Of a stretch of DNA of 64,000 nucleotides, positions 18,492 to 30,130 are shown piece after piece. A program made the position numbers and the translations under genes. The notes below the pieces were generated by a model. It was not told where the DNA came from. It did no database searches and saw only the letters and a program-made list of their open reading frames with translations. Source of the stretch: Trichoplax adhaerens (lineage: Eukaryota; Animalia; Placozoa); the NCBI RefSeq assembly GCF_000150275.1, contig NW_002060956.1:1114280-1178279 (forward strand), in the 5' to 3' direction. How positions within the stretch are numbered: the stretch's first letter is position 1; the number at the start of each line of letters is the position of its first letter.

Positions 18492-21473
18492 TTAACCCAT
18501 TCGAATACTTTGGATCATTTGAAAGATAGCTGAAAAGTATTTATAGAGAAGGAAGTATGTTAATTGTATAAGATAAATTATTATCCGGCCATAAATTAGC
18601 AAACGAACCTGATCCGCAAACAAGAAAAATGAATAATCCCAATACGATAGGACCAACGGGTGCTTTATCTTGTTTAGGAGACTAGAAAGAGTAGAAAATT
18701 GAGTACATTGATTCTAATAATCACAATCAATATACTCTGTGCGAAGTGACATCGAGTAATGTAAATGGTAAAATAGAAAGTATAAGTACTGTACAGTAAG
18801 CGAAATATCACCAGCGAGGGTTCTACTTGGTCAATCATAAAGATATCACGTGAATAACGAGATGCTGTCTTTTCCTCCTTTTACTAATTACAAAATTGAA
18901 CATTTTTCAATTGTTATCAATACTGTATGATCTCATGGTACTTTTAATATTAATCATCTAAGGAATCATTTACGGCTAAAGCTTGGTAGACAATATACTG
19001 TACAGTAAGCAAGGATGTCGATTTCCTGCTGATCTTGTAGAAACACTAGGGTTCTACAGGTCGATAAATGATATTGACAATTGAATGACATTGAACAATC
19101 CGACAGCGCATAATGAAAACCTAGAATTTTAACATCCAATGATCGAACTTGCGAAAAGCATTACTGTAAAAAATCATAAATTTCATACAACATCAGTGAT
19201 TCAAGAACGATATTGACGGTATACACACGCTGTTATTCTACAGTACTGTACCACCGATGAAGAATAGTTTTTAAAGGAGAAATTTACAGTAAGCGCACAC
19301 TAACATGGACCGTTTTGCAAGTCTTATAAGTACTATAAAGTCGACGACTATACAGCGGACCTTTGTATGCAGTATCTCCACTAGCAGCAGTAAACAATCT
19401 ACTCTTGTTGTATCTATCGATCGCACATTCAACGATTTCCTCAAAGTTATTTGTAGCGTGTAAACAAAGAAGTTCTTGAGCGAATGGCATCAAATATCCC
19501 TAAATATGGCGTTGAATTCTCACGTCGGTGTTGCTGTATAACTCGTATCTTATTGTGCTTACATTTTTTACGGCTAAATTGATCATTAAAATTGATGAGT
19601 TATGGCAGCCTTGTGTAGAAAAGAAAAGAATCCGAAACTAATCTATCTAATGTGTCAGGCACAATGATTTGTACAGTATATTGTTCGCTGACAACTTTAT
19701 TACTTATTCTAATGGCGCATGGCATAAAATATTGATAAAGCTCTTTCGTGTTGTAGTCGTGTTCATAAAAAGCAACATCCTATGTGTAGTATACAGTCCC
19801 TGCTTTTACTGTAAGCATTCAAAACTACTTTTTGATGTAGTCTATTGGAGACATTTTGATACATGAATCGAATAATACTGGTGTGAACATCATGATCATT
19901 GTATATTTCCCTAATACTGGCTGAATAACTCGGTTTCAATGGGTTACAAAGTAGCTTAATTAATACTATGGACTAGTCAAGACGCCCTAGGGCATCTTGA
20001 AGTAGTCCATGCTAATACAGTATTGTAGCTTTTGATATGAATCAGTGAGAGTGTAATGTATATATATACGTATAATAATACAGTAATGCATACGCCGTTT
20101 TTTCTCATGTTTCTTTCCTCATTGGCATGATCGTAGCTTGCTCAATATTGTACTAGTAGGTTTACTGTACGTTAGAATTGATAACAACCCCCAAAAACGC
20201 CATTAGTATCCTGTACTGCTAAACTAGCTTAAGTTAAGAAAGTAATCCTAATGTTATCCATTCGTCGCTGTGTTATTAGCTTCTGCCGTACAGTTAAAGG
20301 ATTAATTTCCTGTTTCTTTTATGAATCAACATGATCGCAGATTAATCAGAGATTCAGAGTAGTCTAGCTTTATAGTGCAGTCGATGAGATATGAAACGGC
20401 AACCACTTTCGTTGTTTTGCCTCCCCCCTCCCTTCACCAAAATTTCATCATTGCAACGTATTCTTTTAATTTATGTAGATTTAATACTACTGTAGCTTCT
20501 AGTGTAAGATGAATTTTTCCAGATGTCTCTTGATCAAAAGGATGATCAGTTCATCAGTAGTGTATCATTATTTCAAGTCATTGACTCCACTAGTTTGCAT
20601 GAAAATTGAACCATCGCGATCATGTTATTGTCTAAATCTCCCTAGTTCAAACAACTCATCATCAGCAGTCCATTAGTCCGTGTCATATTCGTTCTTGATG
20701 TTGACTTGTAGTCTACTGTAGAATAGCCTTCTTTCTCCAATACCATGAGGGTAAGTGAAATAGTAGTCAAACTAATTGAACTAACCTGATCAACGTTGTT
20801 GTTTATAGAAAGCGGAAATAACATACAGACATGATTGAAGGCAATAACTAGGCGTTTGCGTTTAGTATTTCGATAGCACCATAGAATGGCGTAATACTAG
20901 TACAGTATAGTATTGACCATGATGACAACAATGTCTCAATGGATAGGAGAACAGAAAGTGTTGGTATCCCATCCATTGAACTGCGATAATATCGAACGAT
21001 AGTGACATGATTATTAAGATATGAAAATAGTGTGGAGGAAATGGCAGAGGAAAAAAATGTCATCATCCATCGGTCGATTAACGTGGGTATTGTACTGTAT
21101 ATCGAGACAAACGGCAAATGGATTGATGACGATGGAGAAACGATCTAAACGACACCATGATGCTATTGAACATGGTCAACAAGGGAAATTGAGTCTAGAA
21201 AAATCGCTCAAGATACCCTAACTCATGTATGATGACTACTCTCTCTACTCGTCAGTTGATTCTTGAAACCGATCGAAGTTCAATAACTAATCCAATTGGC
21301 GTCCATGTTGGCCAAGACGATATCGGCTTGGATCGATCGTCTATCAGACGCTATCTACCATTTCTCCATATCATAATAGAAAGACTTACTTGGGTTTTCG
21401 GAACGGCGCCTCTTTGAGTGACATTCTTGCTGTATTTTTCACTAGCAATTCTCATACGCTGCTTAGCCGGCAT
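18492..21473 (-). CDS. SERP1: Stress-associated ER protein (SERP1/RAMP4), 3 exons, 64 aa
   Basis: Exons 21390-21473, 18609-18681 and 18492-18529 splice in frame to [64 protein letters not shown], the RAMP4 family signature. Confidence 0.95.
19968..20010. repeat. 43-bp near-perfect palindrome in SERP1 intron 1
   Basis: ATGGACTAGTCAAGACGCCCTAGGGCATCTTGAAGTAGTCCAT is almost its own reverse complement. It is flanked by TAATAC at 19961-19966 and 20013-20018. Confidence 0.85.
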
Positions 21474-21769
21474 GGTGATCGCTGACGATGGGACAAGTTG
21501 TTGTTGCCAAGAAGAAAAGGAATGAAAGAAAGCCAAAAGCAAGCGGCCCGAGGTCAAATACACGCTACGCTCTCCTAGTGTAGGCACAGTATTATGCTGA
21601 AAGCGTGGCCATCGGTGGCAGACCTTGGTACTAAACCACCACAAGCGAGCTGTTATTTTTGGCTGTCTGGCGAGACTGTATAGTACGGTGGCTCACAAGA
21701 ACCACCGTAGTACTGTATAGCACCTGGTATGGTAAGTACGGTAGAGTACTGTACAGTTTTTCGTGGCCA

Positions 21770-21902
21770 GATTGGATGAGGAAAGTCTGTCTGTCCGACG
21801 ACTAGTCTCACAGTGACAGTACTGTACACAGTAAGTGCCGTACTGTACTGGATTGTCACTGTGAGACTAGTCGTCAGACAGACAGACTTTTCTCATCCAA
21901 TC
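21770..21902. repeat. Long inverted repeat (49-bp arms, 2 mismatches, 35-nt loop) between SERP1 and UPF3
   Basis: Arm 21770-21818 GATTGGATGAGGAAAGTCTGTCTGTCCGACGACTAGTCTCACAGTGACA versus arm 21854-21902 TGTCACTGTGAGACTAGTCGTCAGACAGACAGACTTTTCTCATCCAATC. Confidence 0.95.
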
Positions 21903-22381
21903 AGGCCGTGGAAAAATGGCTGCTTAGGATGGATTTTCCGGATCTGTTTTCTAAATCACGGGTACTAATTTAAATCACATTGATGGTCTTATAAAACTGT
22001 TTCCAAGTAGGACTTAGTAGCAGATAATAAGATTCAACGTAATGTTATTACTTCCTTCATTTCAAAAAAATGACTTCATTGACATCCATCCTCTCCATAC
22101 AAAAGTACTATCCATAACCAAGTGTTTGAAACAACGTTTTGACGAGATGAGACCGAAAAGGTCTGTCCGTCCAAAAAGGGATCTGTCCACTCGTCTAGTA
22201 GTGTCCAGGTCTTCTGCCGTCTTCTGCTAGTCCATGTTGTCAGTCTGTCTGGGTGGCCTGCCACTCACATTTCCATACAGTACAGTACTGTACTGTACTG
22301 TACGAGTAAGTGCTTTGACGTCCGGTCTACAGTACAGTACAGTATACTGTACAAAATCCAATGCCAACCATGGTCATCCAT

Positions 22382-22435
22382 GCCATGGACTAACATGGAA
22401 TACTGCTCCAAATTTCCACTGTGGTAGTCCATGGC
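22382..22435. repeat. 54-bp hairpin with GCCATGGACTA...TAGTCCATGGC termini
   Basis: An 11-bp perfect terminal inverted repeat plus inner TGGAA/TTCCA pairing. Confidence 0.8.
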
Positions 22436-22559
22436 TACTCTTACTTTCTAATCCCGATTAGAAAGTAAAATGACATGGAAATGAATCCGCCGCTGGTGAT
22501 ATCATTTTGCAAAGTATTGGTGTTCCAATCGTCATAGAATGTGCTATACAGTACTGCAG

Positions 22560-23271
22560 CCATACTGTGCCTTGCACATTTGCACAACCTCAGCACCTAG
22601 TAATGTTGTCGACTGTGCAAGTGTCAATGAACTACAGTAGTAAAATCCTCGCTCACCTCACCATTGAGTGGTTTACTGTAGCTATGCTGTAGCCAAGCAA
22701 ATCCACCTTTCTCGATGGAGTGATTTTAACCATACTGTGCCTTGCACATTTACTCTTCCTCAGCACCTAGTAATGTTATCGACTGTGCAAGTGTACATAA
22801 ACTATAGCAGTAGAACCCTTATTCGCCATTGAGTTGTTTACTGCAGCTATGCTGTAGCCAAGCAAATCCACCTTTCTCGATGGAGTGATTTGAACCATAC
22901 TGTGCCTTGCATATTTGCACTACCTCAACATGTAGCACTGTTGTCGACTGTGCAAGTGTACATATCTACAGTACAGTAGTAAAATCCTCGCTCACCTCAC
23001 CACTGAGTGGTTGACTGTAGCTATACTGTAGCCAAGCAAATCCACCTTTCTCGATGGAGTGATTATAACCATACTGTGCCTTGCACATTTGCACTTCCTC
23101 AGCACCTAGCAATGTTGTCGACTGTGCAAGTGTACATAAACTACAGTAGTAGAACCCTTATTCGCCATTGAGTGGTTTACTGCAGCTATGCTGTAGCCAA
23201 GCAAATCCACCTTTCTCGATGGAGCGATTTGAACCATACTGTGCCTTGCACATTTACTCTTCCTCAGCACC
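22560..23271. repeat. Tandem array of ~4.2 copies of a 165-174 bp unit with alternating A/B variants
   Basis: CCATACTGTGCCTTGCA starts at 22560, 22730, 22895, 23069 and 23234. Units 1 and 3 carry AAAATCCTCGCTCACCTCACC; units 2 and 4 carry AGAACCCTTATTCGCC. Confidence 0.95.
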
Positions 23272-23954
23272 ACTTCAGTATTGGAGGCATGACCAAATGA
23301 TGTTGAAATGGCATCAACACGCGATCAAGTCTAATCATCATTGATCATTTTGATAGTTGGCAACAGATTGCTTCTTGGACAATGTTTCAGTATCATACCT
23401 AGTGAGCAAAGCATGTTTGATACAGACACTGTCCAATGCAATTTCCACTTCACAACTGTGGGATAGAGTAGGAGAGGAAGGACGGCATACTGGACGTTGC
23501 ATACGAAATCATGCTACCCAAACATGACTTCAAAGGCGATAGTCAGTTAGTAGCTAGACTGCAGTCATTGCAGTAGTGGTTAACACTGACTCCAAGTCCT
23601 TCGAAGCCGTAGTAGTAGCTGATCAAATTAATCCCAACTCGATCTTTTCCATCTTTAACGCCAACGAGTAGAGGTAAAACTTTGCTATTCAATCATTAAC
23701 TACAAGGATTTTCTTCTCATGTTAACCTATCATCTCTATCCTATAACATGATGCACTATTGATACGGATACATTACCTGTTGTTACAGTAGTATCAATCG
23801 ATTTGCAAGTTTGGTCATCAGCGATGAAAATGGCGGCTTTGCAACTTTGACCAATTTCAACCAATCTTGTTGTCTCAATCAGTCCAAATTCAACAAGACT
23901 AGCATTCAAGTTTCTATTCTATCGATAGCAAATCCTGTTATGCGATAAATTGCC

Positions 23955-26900
23955 ATGTCAAAATCAACCAGTCGTAAATCGTTCAAGCAAAGCAAGGAAA
24001 AGAATAATACTCCTCATAAGGTATCATAACCTGCAGTTTGTCTCATCAACCAATTGAAAAATTTCTCCATTACTCTATGTCAGTAGTGGCAGGTAAAGTC
24101 ATGCAGTAGGATTACGCCAGCCAAGTATCCGTCAAGGCACGATAATAGCTACTCTTCTCTCTTCTAGTCTATCTGCTAACACTTTCAAAATGCAATAGTA
24201 AATAGTATTTAGAAGAAAGATACATCTCCATCATACCACATCTTTTTCAACTTGTACCATGTAAATCACCCAACAACCCTACAGGTCAGACTCTCTTCCA
24301 GTCTACCTACGAACACTTTCAAAATGCATTAGTAAATAGTATTTAGAAGAAAGATACATCTCCATCATACCACATCTTTTTCAACTTGTGCTATATAAAT
24401 CACCCAACAACCCTACAGGTTAGACTCGATTGAAGAATGAAATGATCATAAGGACAGTGCAGTATTATGATGGCTATCTAACCAACAGGATTCTCATCGA
24501 GTGGTTATCAACTCGGCTTAGATAACTTAAACCCTATTTAATTCATCCACTTGATGAGGATAATCATTCTTAGATGGCGTCCAAGAAATACAGACAACGT
24601 AGAATCACTTTTGATCCATTCAATACGATACTGCAATAGTATACAGTAAGTTACACTCCTACAACGACATTCGAAAATAACGATCATGACCACAGAAGGA
24701 TAAAGTTTGAAATAAAAAATCAACCTTTTTTATTGTCCATTTGACTATTCCTTCCTGTTTTATGCTACAATTCAATCAGGCTCTTTTATCAACGCGATCG
24801 TAGAGCACCTTACCAAAAGGGTAAATGTCGTCAATAAAGCGTACAGTAGATGGTTTGAAAATAATATTTTTGGGATCGCTAGATGAACAAACTAGTCCAT
24901 CATTATACTATAATTGTTCTCTGTTTGCCTATTCTCAATCGATCTTTTCCCATTCTCGCCAACTCGTATTCTATAAGATTTCGTAATTAAGTCATCAGAA
25001 AACGACATAATTGTGAAAAAATTCCCACATGACATGAAGGTAATACAGTACAGTAGTGGAAGACTGTACGCTTTTAAGGTGCCTAGATCGAGCACTACAA
25101 TAATTACAAGCCAGTATCCTAAATCGATGGGATGACCACAAAATCTTCTTGTACATTACTTTATTTTTTTGAAGAAATAATACTAATAGAATATGTGATT
25201 AATTTGCCTATCGATGAAGAGGAAAGAAATTACACTGCGATGATATTCAATTACCATCACTTTATTGTGGCCCCTCCTGCCTGTTCAAAGCAATATTGGC
25301 CTTTCAATAAATTCACAGCCATGCATGGACGTAATCATCCTAAAAATTTTCCAGTCATTTACATATTAAAGAAATAGAGATAATAGATGATTTATTTGCC
25401 TCTAGGAGTCAACTAGCGAAATTATAACAAAGTAAACACATCATTATATTTTATAGACTCTACTTACTATAGTCTCTTCTACTTGCATCTCAATACGAAC
25501 GAGTACAGTCTATTGCAATAAAGATCAGGATCATGGATCGATTTAAGCGCGTTATACGAGATTACATAAAAGAAATCCAGTTAGTCTAGCATTTGTTTTC
25601 CTATTGATTAGGACGAATAAAAACGATAGTATTATCATGTTATAAATATCCTAATTCTGGCCTGTTCTGAACATAGGCAACAAATAAATCAAAGTCATCA
25701 ATAGACGTCGTCGCCGTTAGAAAATAGTTTGCTTTATTACTACATGACATAGAGGAAATTGTACATTGTATTCACCTATTCAAATTAAAAAATTGCACCA
25801 GAAAATAATCTGTATCATCTCAACTATCTCACTTGCAGAGTAAATCGTAGTCATGCTGTAAATAGGCGAAGATTGAGATAATATCGCGCTAACACGTTAG
25901 TTCAGTAGTTTATGTTAAACGAAGAAAGATAACTAGATTTGATTCTATGTGTCAGATTAAATTGCCACTACTTATTTTTTCATAAATTATAAATTAGTTC
26001 TGCTCGATTAATAGATAGAGACTATCAATCACTTAACTACATGATGTCGATAGATTGCCAGTTTAACGGTACTACGCATAAATACGTGCAACAGAGTACT
26101 CGAATGCTATGCTATGTGTTATACTATAACAGTAAAGGATATTTACGCATACGCTCATGAATACAAAATATTTTTTTGTCATTTCGAATCATAGATAGAT
26201 ATAACATTTTAACGTGTTACAATGAACTCATTAACACCTATTAATCTTAATAGACTAGTTAGAGTTGTTCATATCAGCATTTCTTGAAGCTAACTAAATG
26301 AATGGAGACTACCAATATTCTATCCTGTGTAGGTCACGCTTCTAATCCAAGATTGTTTTAATGTCAATATTTAAACATAGATTATAATTCGTTGCTTGCC
26401 AGCAAATTTAACTGAAGAGCAATTTCTAGAGCAAATATCGCCGTTACCAACTTATAGCTATTTCCGATTCGTTGCCGCTGATAATAGGTAAATACATATA
26501 TATGTGTATAAGCATATTAAAGCTTACAACTTTCAACAATTTACCGCCAACGATATTAGCCATAATAGTAAGCAAGCAATAGAGTAGTTGCTATGGCATG
26601 TTTAATTTTTTCTTGATGTCGTATGCTCCTGAATTAAAAAAGGGGTATAAAGGATACGATGCCCTACATTGATGTACTACATTGGATATATCAGTAATGT
26701 GTATATTTGTTGAACGAATGCTTTATATTATTTCGTTTATATTTCAATTACTTTCAGTTATATAGACACTGTCTATAATGAAAATTCTTACTGATACTTT
26801 TATTGATAGACTGAACATACTACTACAACTATGCTTACATCTACATTTAATAACCCATTGCAGTCAATGCTAAATGTCATTGTATAATAATGACTATGCT

Positions 26901-29290
26901 AATATCAGTACGATATTATAAGCGTCATGTAAATCGATTCTACTGCTAGACCTACCCTCAACCTAAAGAAGCAGTCCTTACTGAGCCCCTATATTAATTA
27001 TAGTCAATTTAAGACTGTAAAATGCTACTCGAGTCACAAATCGAAATTATTTACTTATAGATTATTTACTAAAAGACCAATTACCGGTATTTTTCATCAT
27101 TAGTTATGGTCGCCACTCTTTTTGTCGTGCATACGTTAACTTTGTTAACGCCAAAGATATTGTCGACTTTTTCGAGAAATATGATGGTTATCCAATCTCT
27201 GACAGTAAAGGTTAGGAGATAATATTACTTTTATTGCAAAATTATATGCCAAATTTATACCCATGTTTGCATCTAAGTACATTGAACCTAAAACGTCATT
27301 AACAATTTTATTAACGATTCTATTACAGTTTTGTTACTTCCTACCATCTAAATAGCTTCCTCTACTAACTGAAATGATTTTAAATACAAATAAGGCAAGC
27401 AATTCCCAGCAATAGTTGAGTTTGCTCCCTTCCAGAGAATACCTAAGAAGAAGAAGAGAGATCCAAAATGTAGTACGATTGAATCCGGTGAGCTAATTTT
27501 TGTAATTGCTTTTTATCTTAGCCATGTGAATGTGCTTACTATTTAAATTCTCTAATAGTAACAAAATTGATATAATGTTATCGGAAAATATTGAACATCA
27601 TGCTTTTGATAAACAAAAAACTAGATAAGGATTTCTTGGCGTTTATGGCCTCCTTGGCAGATAAAAAGGATTTGTCGCATATTAGTCAAGCCCCTATTGA
27701 TATTGAAGATACTAAAGATGATAACTTATTAGGTGATTGTTGTAATGAGTCAATGCCAACAGTATACTGAACGAGTCATTTGGGAACTATCTCTAAGACG
27801 ATTGTTTTATACAAAATAGAATCCACTCCTTTGTTAGAATACGTGAAAGCTCGAAAAAGCGGTAATAAATCGAAGCAATCCCAAAATCAGGTTGTTATAG
27901 ATTATAGTTTGTTTATCCATGTCGAACACGTTACCAGAATTATCGAGAGTATTATTTAGAAAGCTAATAAATCTTACTTTACAACGTACGGGCAATATTA
28001 CTACTACAAGCAGTAGACTTCATCCTGTAATTCTATCAATTTACTACTTTTTATTATAGTGGTAATACTGACACTTGTTATTAGTTTACTTCTCCAAAAT
28101 ACTTATTTATCTAGTTGACATAAGATTACTTATACCAATTATAGATATCAGCAAATGAAGCAGAGAAAAAGAGAAAGAAAGAGAAGGTTATGATAGTGAT
28201 TATGCTGCAATATTGCATTTCTATGTGTTGTAGAAATTTGCTAGATTCAATTATCTTAACGATAAGTCTTATATTTTCAGAAAACTGAAAATACTTCGGA
28301 ACAAGCCGAAATTGGAAGCAGTAAAAAGAGTATTAAACATGATCCTCCAAAGAGTAATAAAGATTCTTCAAGATCTAGTAGTAAAAAAAGCTCTAGTAAT
28401 CACAAAGTTGAAAAAGATAAAGAGAAAAAGGAATCTAATGTAAATGAAGAACATAAGAATGCTGTCAGGAATAAGGATCGAATATCCGACAAGCGTGACT
28501 CGACCAGAAAAGCTACTGAGCTAAAGCAAAATCATAGAGATAAGAGTAAAGGTAGTGAAAGAGAGAAAGAAACAAAAGACCGTAATAAAGATCGCAAAAT
28601 AATGACAACAAGTGCATCAGCCAAAAGGAATGAGGATAGAGAACGTGATAGTAAATCTGAACGACGAGAAAAATCGGTTAGTTTAGTCTTTGTTTTAAAA
28701 ATTTGTATTCCATGTTATTAATCGGTAAAAGAAATTCATTTTTATACAGGCATCTAAGAAATCAATGCATGCATCAATCCCTCAGGAGAAATCAAAAAGT
28801 AACTATGCGTATTTTATTTCGTTTTGTTAAAATGATTCAAACGATTAGGCGTATTTTACGCTACATAATGGAATCATTATTTTTATATGTCATTAACTGA
28901 TACATATTTGCCTTGCAGAACAACAACATACTGACGAAAAAGAAGGCAAAGCTACAAAAAAACTTTCTAGCAATGATAGAGTTTATGATAACGGAAAGAG
29001 ATTACATGATAAGGATACAAGTAAAGCTCGTGATGAGCGCGAACAACAAGGACGTATCCGTAACAAGGTACTGAAATGACAATAACATTTCGCTCTCGGT
29101 AAATTATTACCATCACTAAATATAAAAAAATAATTGTATTGTAATGATTCTCTTATGGTAATGTTAATACGTTAAGGATCGTCCGGATAGAGCAGTTTAC
29201 AATCCAAGGCAACGCTTTGGTAGATCCTCTGAAGGGGATATGGAAGAAAAACGACCACGTTCTAGCCGATCTCAGGGTAGTAAAAAATAA
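23955..29290 (+). CDS. UPF3: Regulator of nonsense transcripts 3 (UPF3), multi-exon
   Basis: Exon 23955-24020 (MSKSTSRKSFKQSKEKNNTPHK) joins IIIRCLPANLTEEQFLEQISPLP...FCRAYVNF...FFEKYDGYPISDSKG/KQFPAIVEFAPFQRIPKKKKRDPKCSTIES (RRM-like UPF2-binding domain). A long K/E/R-rich middle follows, then C-terminal RIRNKDRPDRAVYNPRQR (EJC-binding motif). Stop TAA at 29288-29290. The first coding exon assignment is inferred. Confidence 0.92.
24157..24428. repeat. Tandem duplication, 2 x ~134 bp, in a UPF3 intron
   Basis: AACACTTTCAAAATGCA...CCCAACAACCCTACAGGT occurs at 24178 and 24312. Confidence 0.92.
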
Positions 29291-30130
29291 ACTTAGATTT
29301 ATTATTGGACAAGGGTATCAAAACTAGCTACATGCCTTACGTCACTGTCGCAGATATGGTATCACAATGCTGAACTCTCTTAGCTTTACGATATGTTTTC
29401 TGATCGGGCTCGCATTGAATTTCCAAGTCTGGGAGCTGAAACTGGATAGTAACCCATCATCAAGTATCAAAAAGCTCCTAAAAGTTTGTACTGTACTCTT
29501 TCAGCTCTATACATTCATATTTGCTGCTGCTGCCAAGTCAGTGAAATTGCAAACTATGAGTGCTTTGATGTAAAACATGATCGACTTAATGTTATTAAGT
29601 TGGCTGCCTGTCGAAAAACCTTTATATGCGTGCATTAACTATGCATGGAGACAATCTCAAAAACATCCATTCAGTTTTATGATAATTACACAATATATTT
29701 GCGGCGATGGTGCCTAGAATATCTGATCTATCTTTGGCCAATCTGTTGTGATTATTGCAGTATGCAGCAGCTATTAGAATAATTTATTACAATGTGATGT
29801 TGGTTGGAATATAATAACAACAGTTAATGACAAGTGATTCGGAGCATGTTCATTGAACGAATTTTTATTTTAAAACTTTGCATTTGAACGTATCTGAATT
29901 CTTGATTGAATGACTTTGATTTCGGAGCATTTCATAATGAAATAAAACAATCTTTGTAGTATCAAAATATAACGTATATTCATTTTCGTATCATAGTTAT
30001 CTAAAATACTGAGAGTGATAGCTTTCGTTCTATCCTCTTGTTATTCATAGCTCCCATTACGTAGTGGTTTAATTTGTAAATGGTATGCAAATACACTGGT
30101 TGGTAACACGTTAATAATCTAAAAGCATAG

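Noticed and set aside
21757-21917. Canonical ERSE (CCAAT-N9-CCACG) for the ER-stress gene SERP1
   Set aside because: CCAAT and CCACG are both present, but spacing is 4 nt on one side and the orientation is wrong on the other, so it matches neither ERSE-I nor ERSE-II.
29340-29600. Short ORFs between UPF3 and the RH-protein gene
   Set aside because: No splice-supported gene model or motif; most likely the 3' UTRs of the convergent genes.
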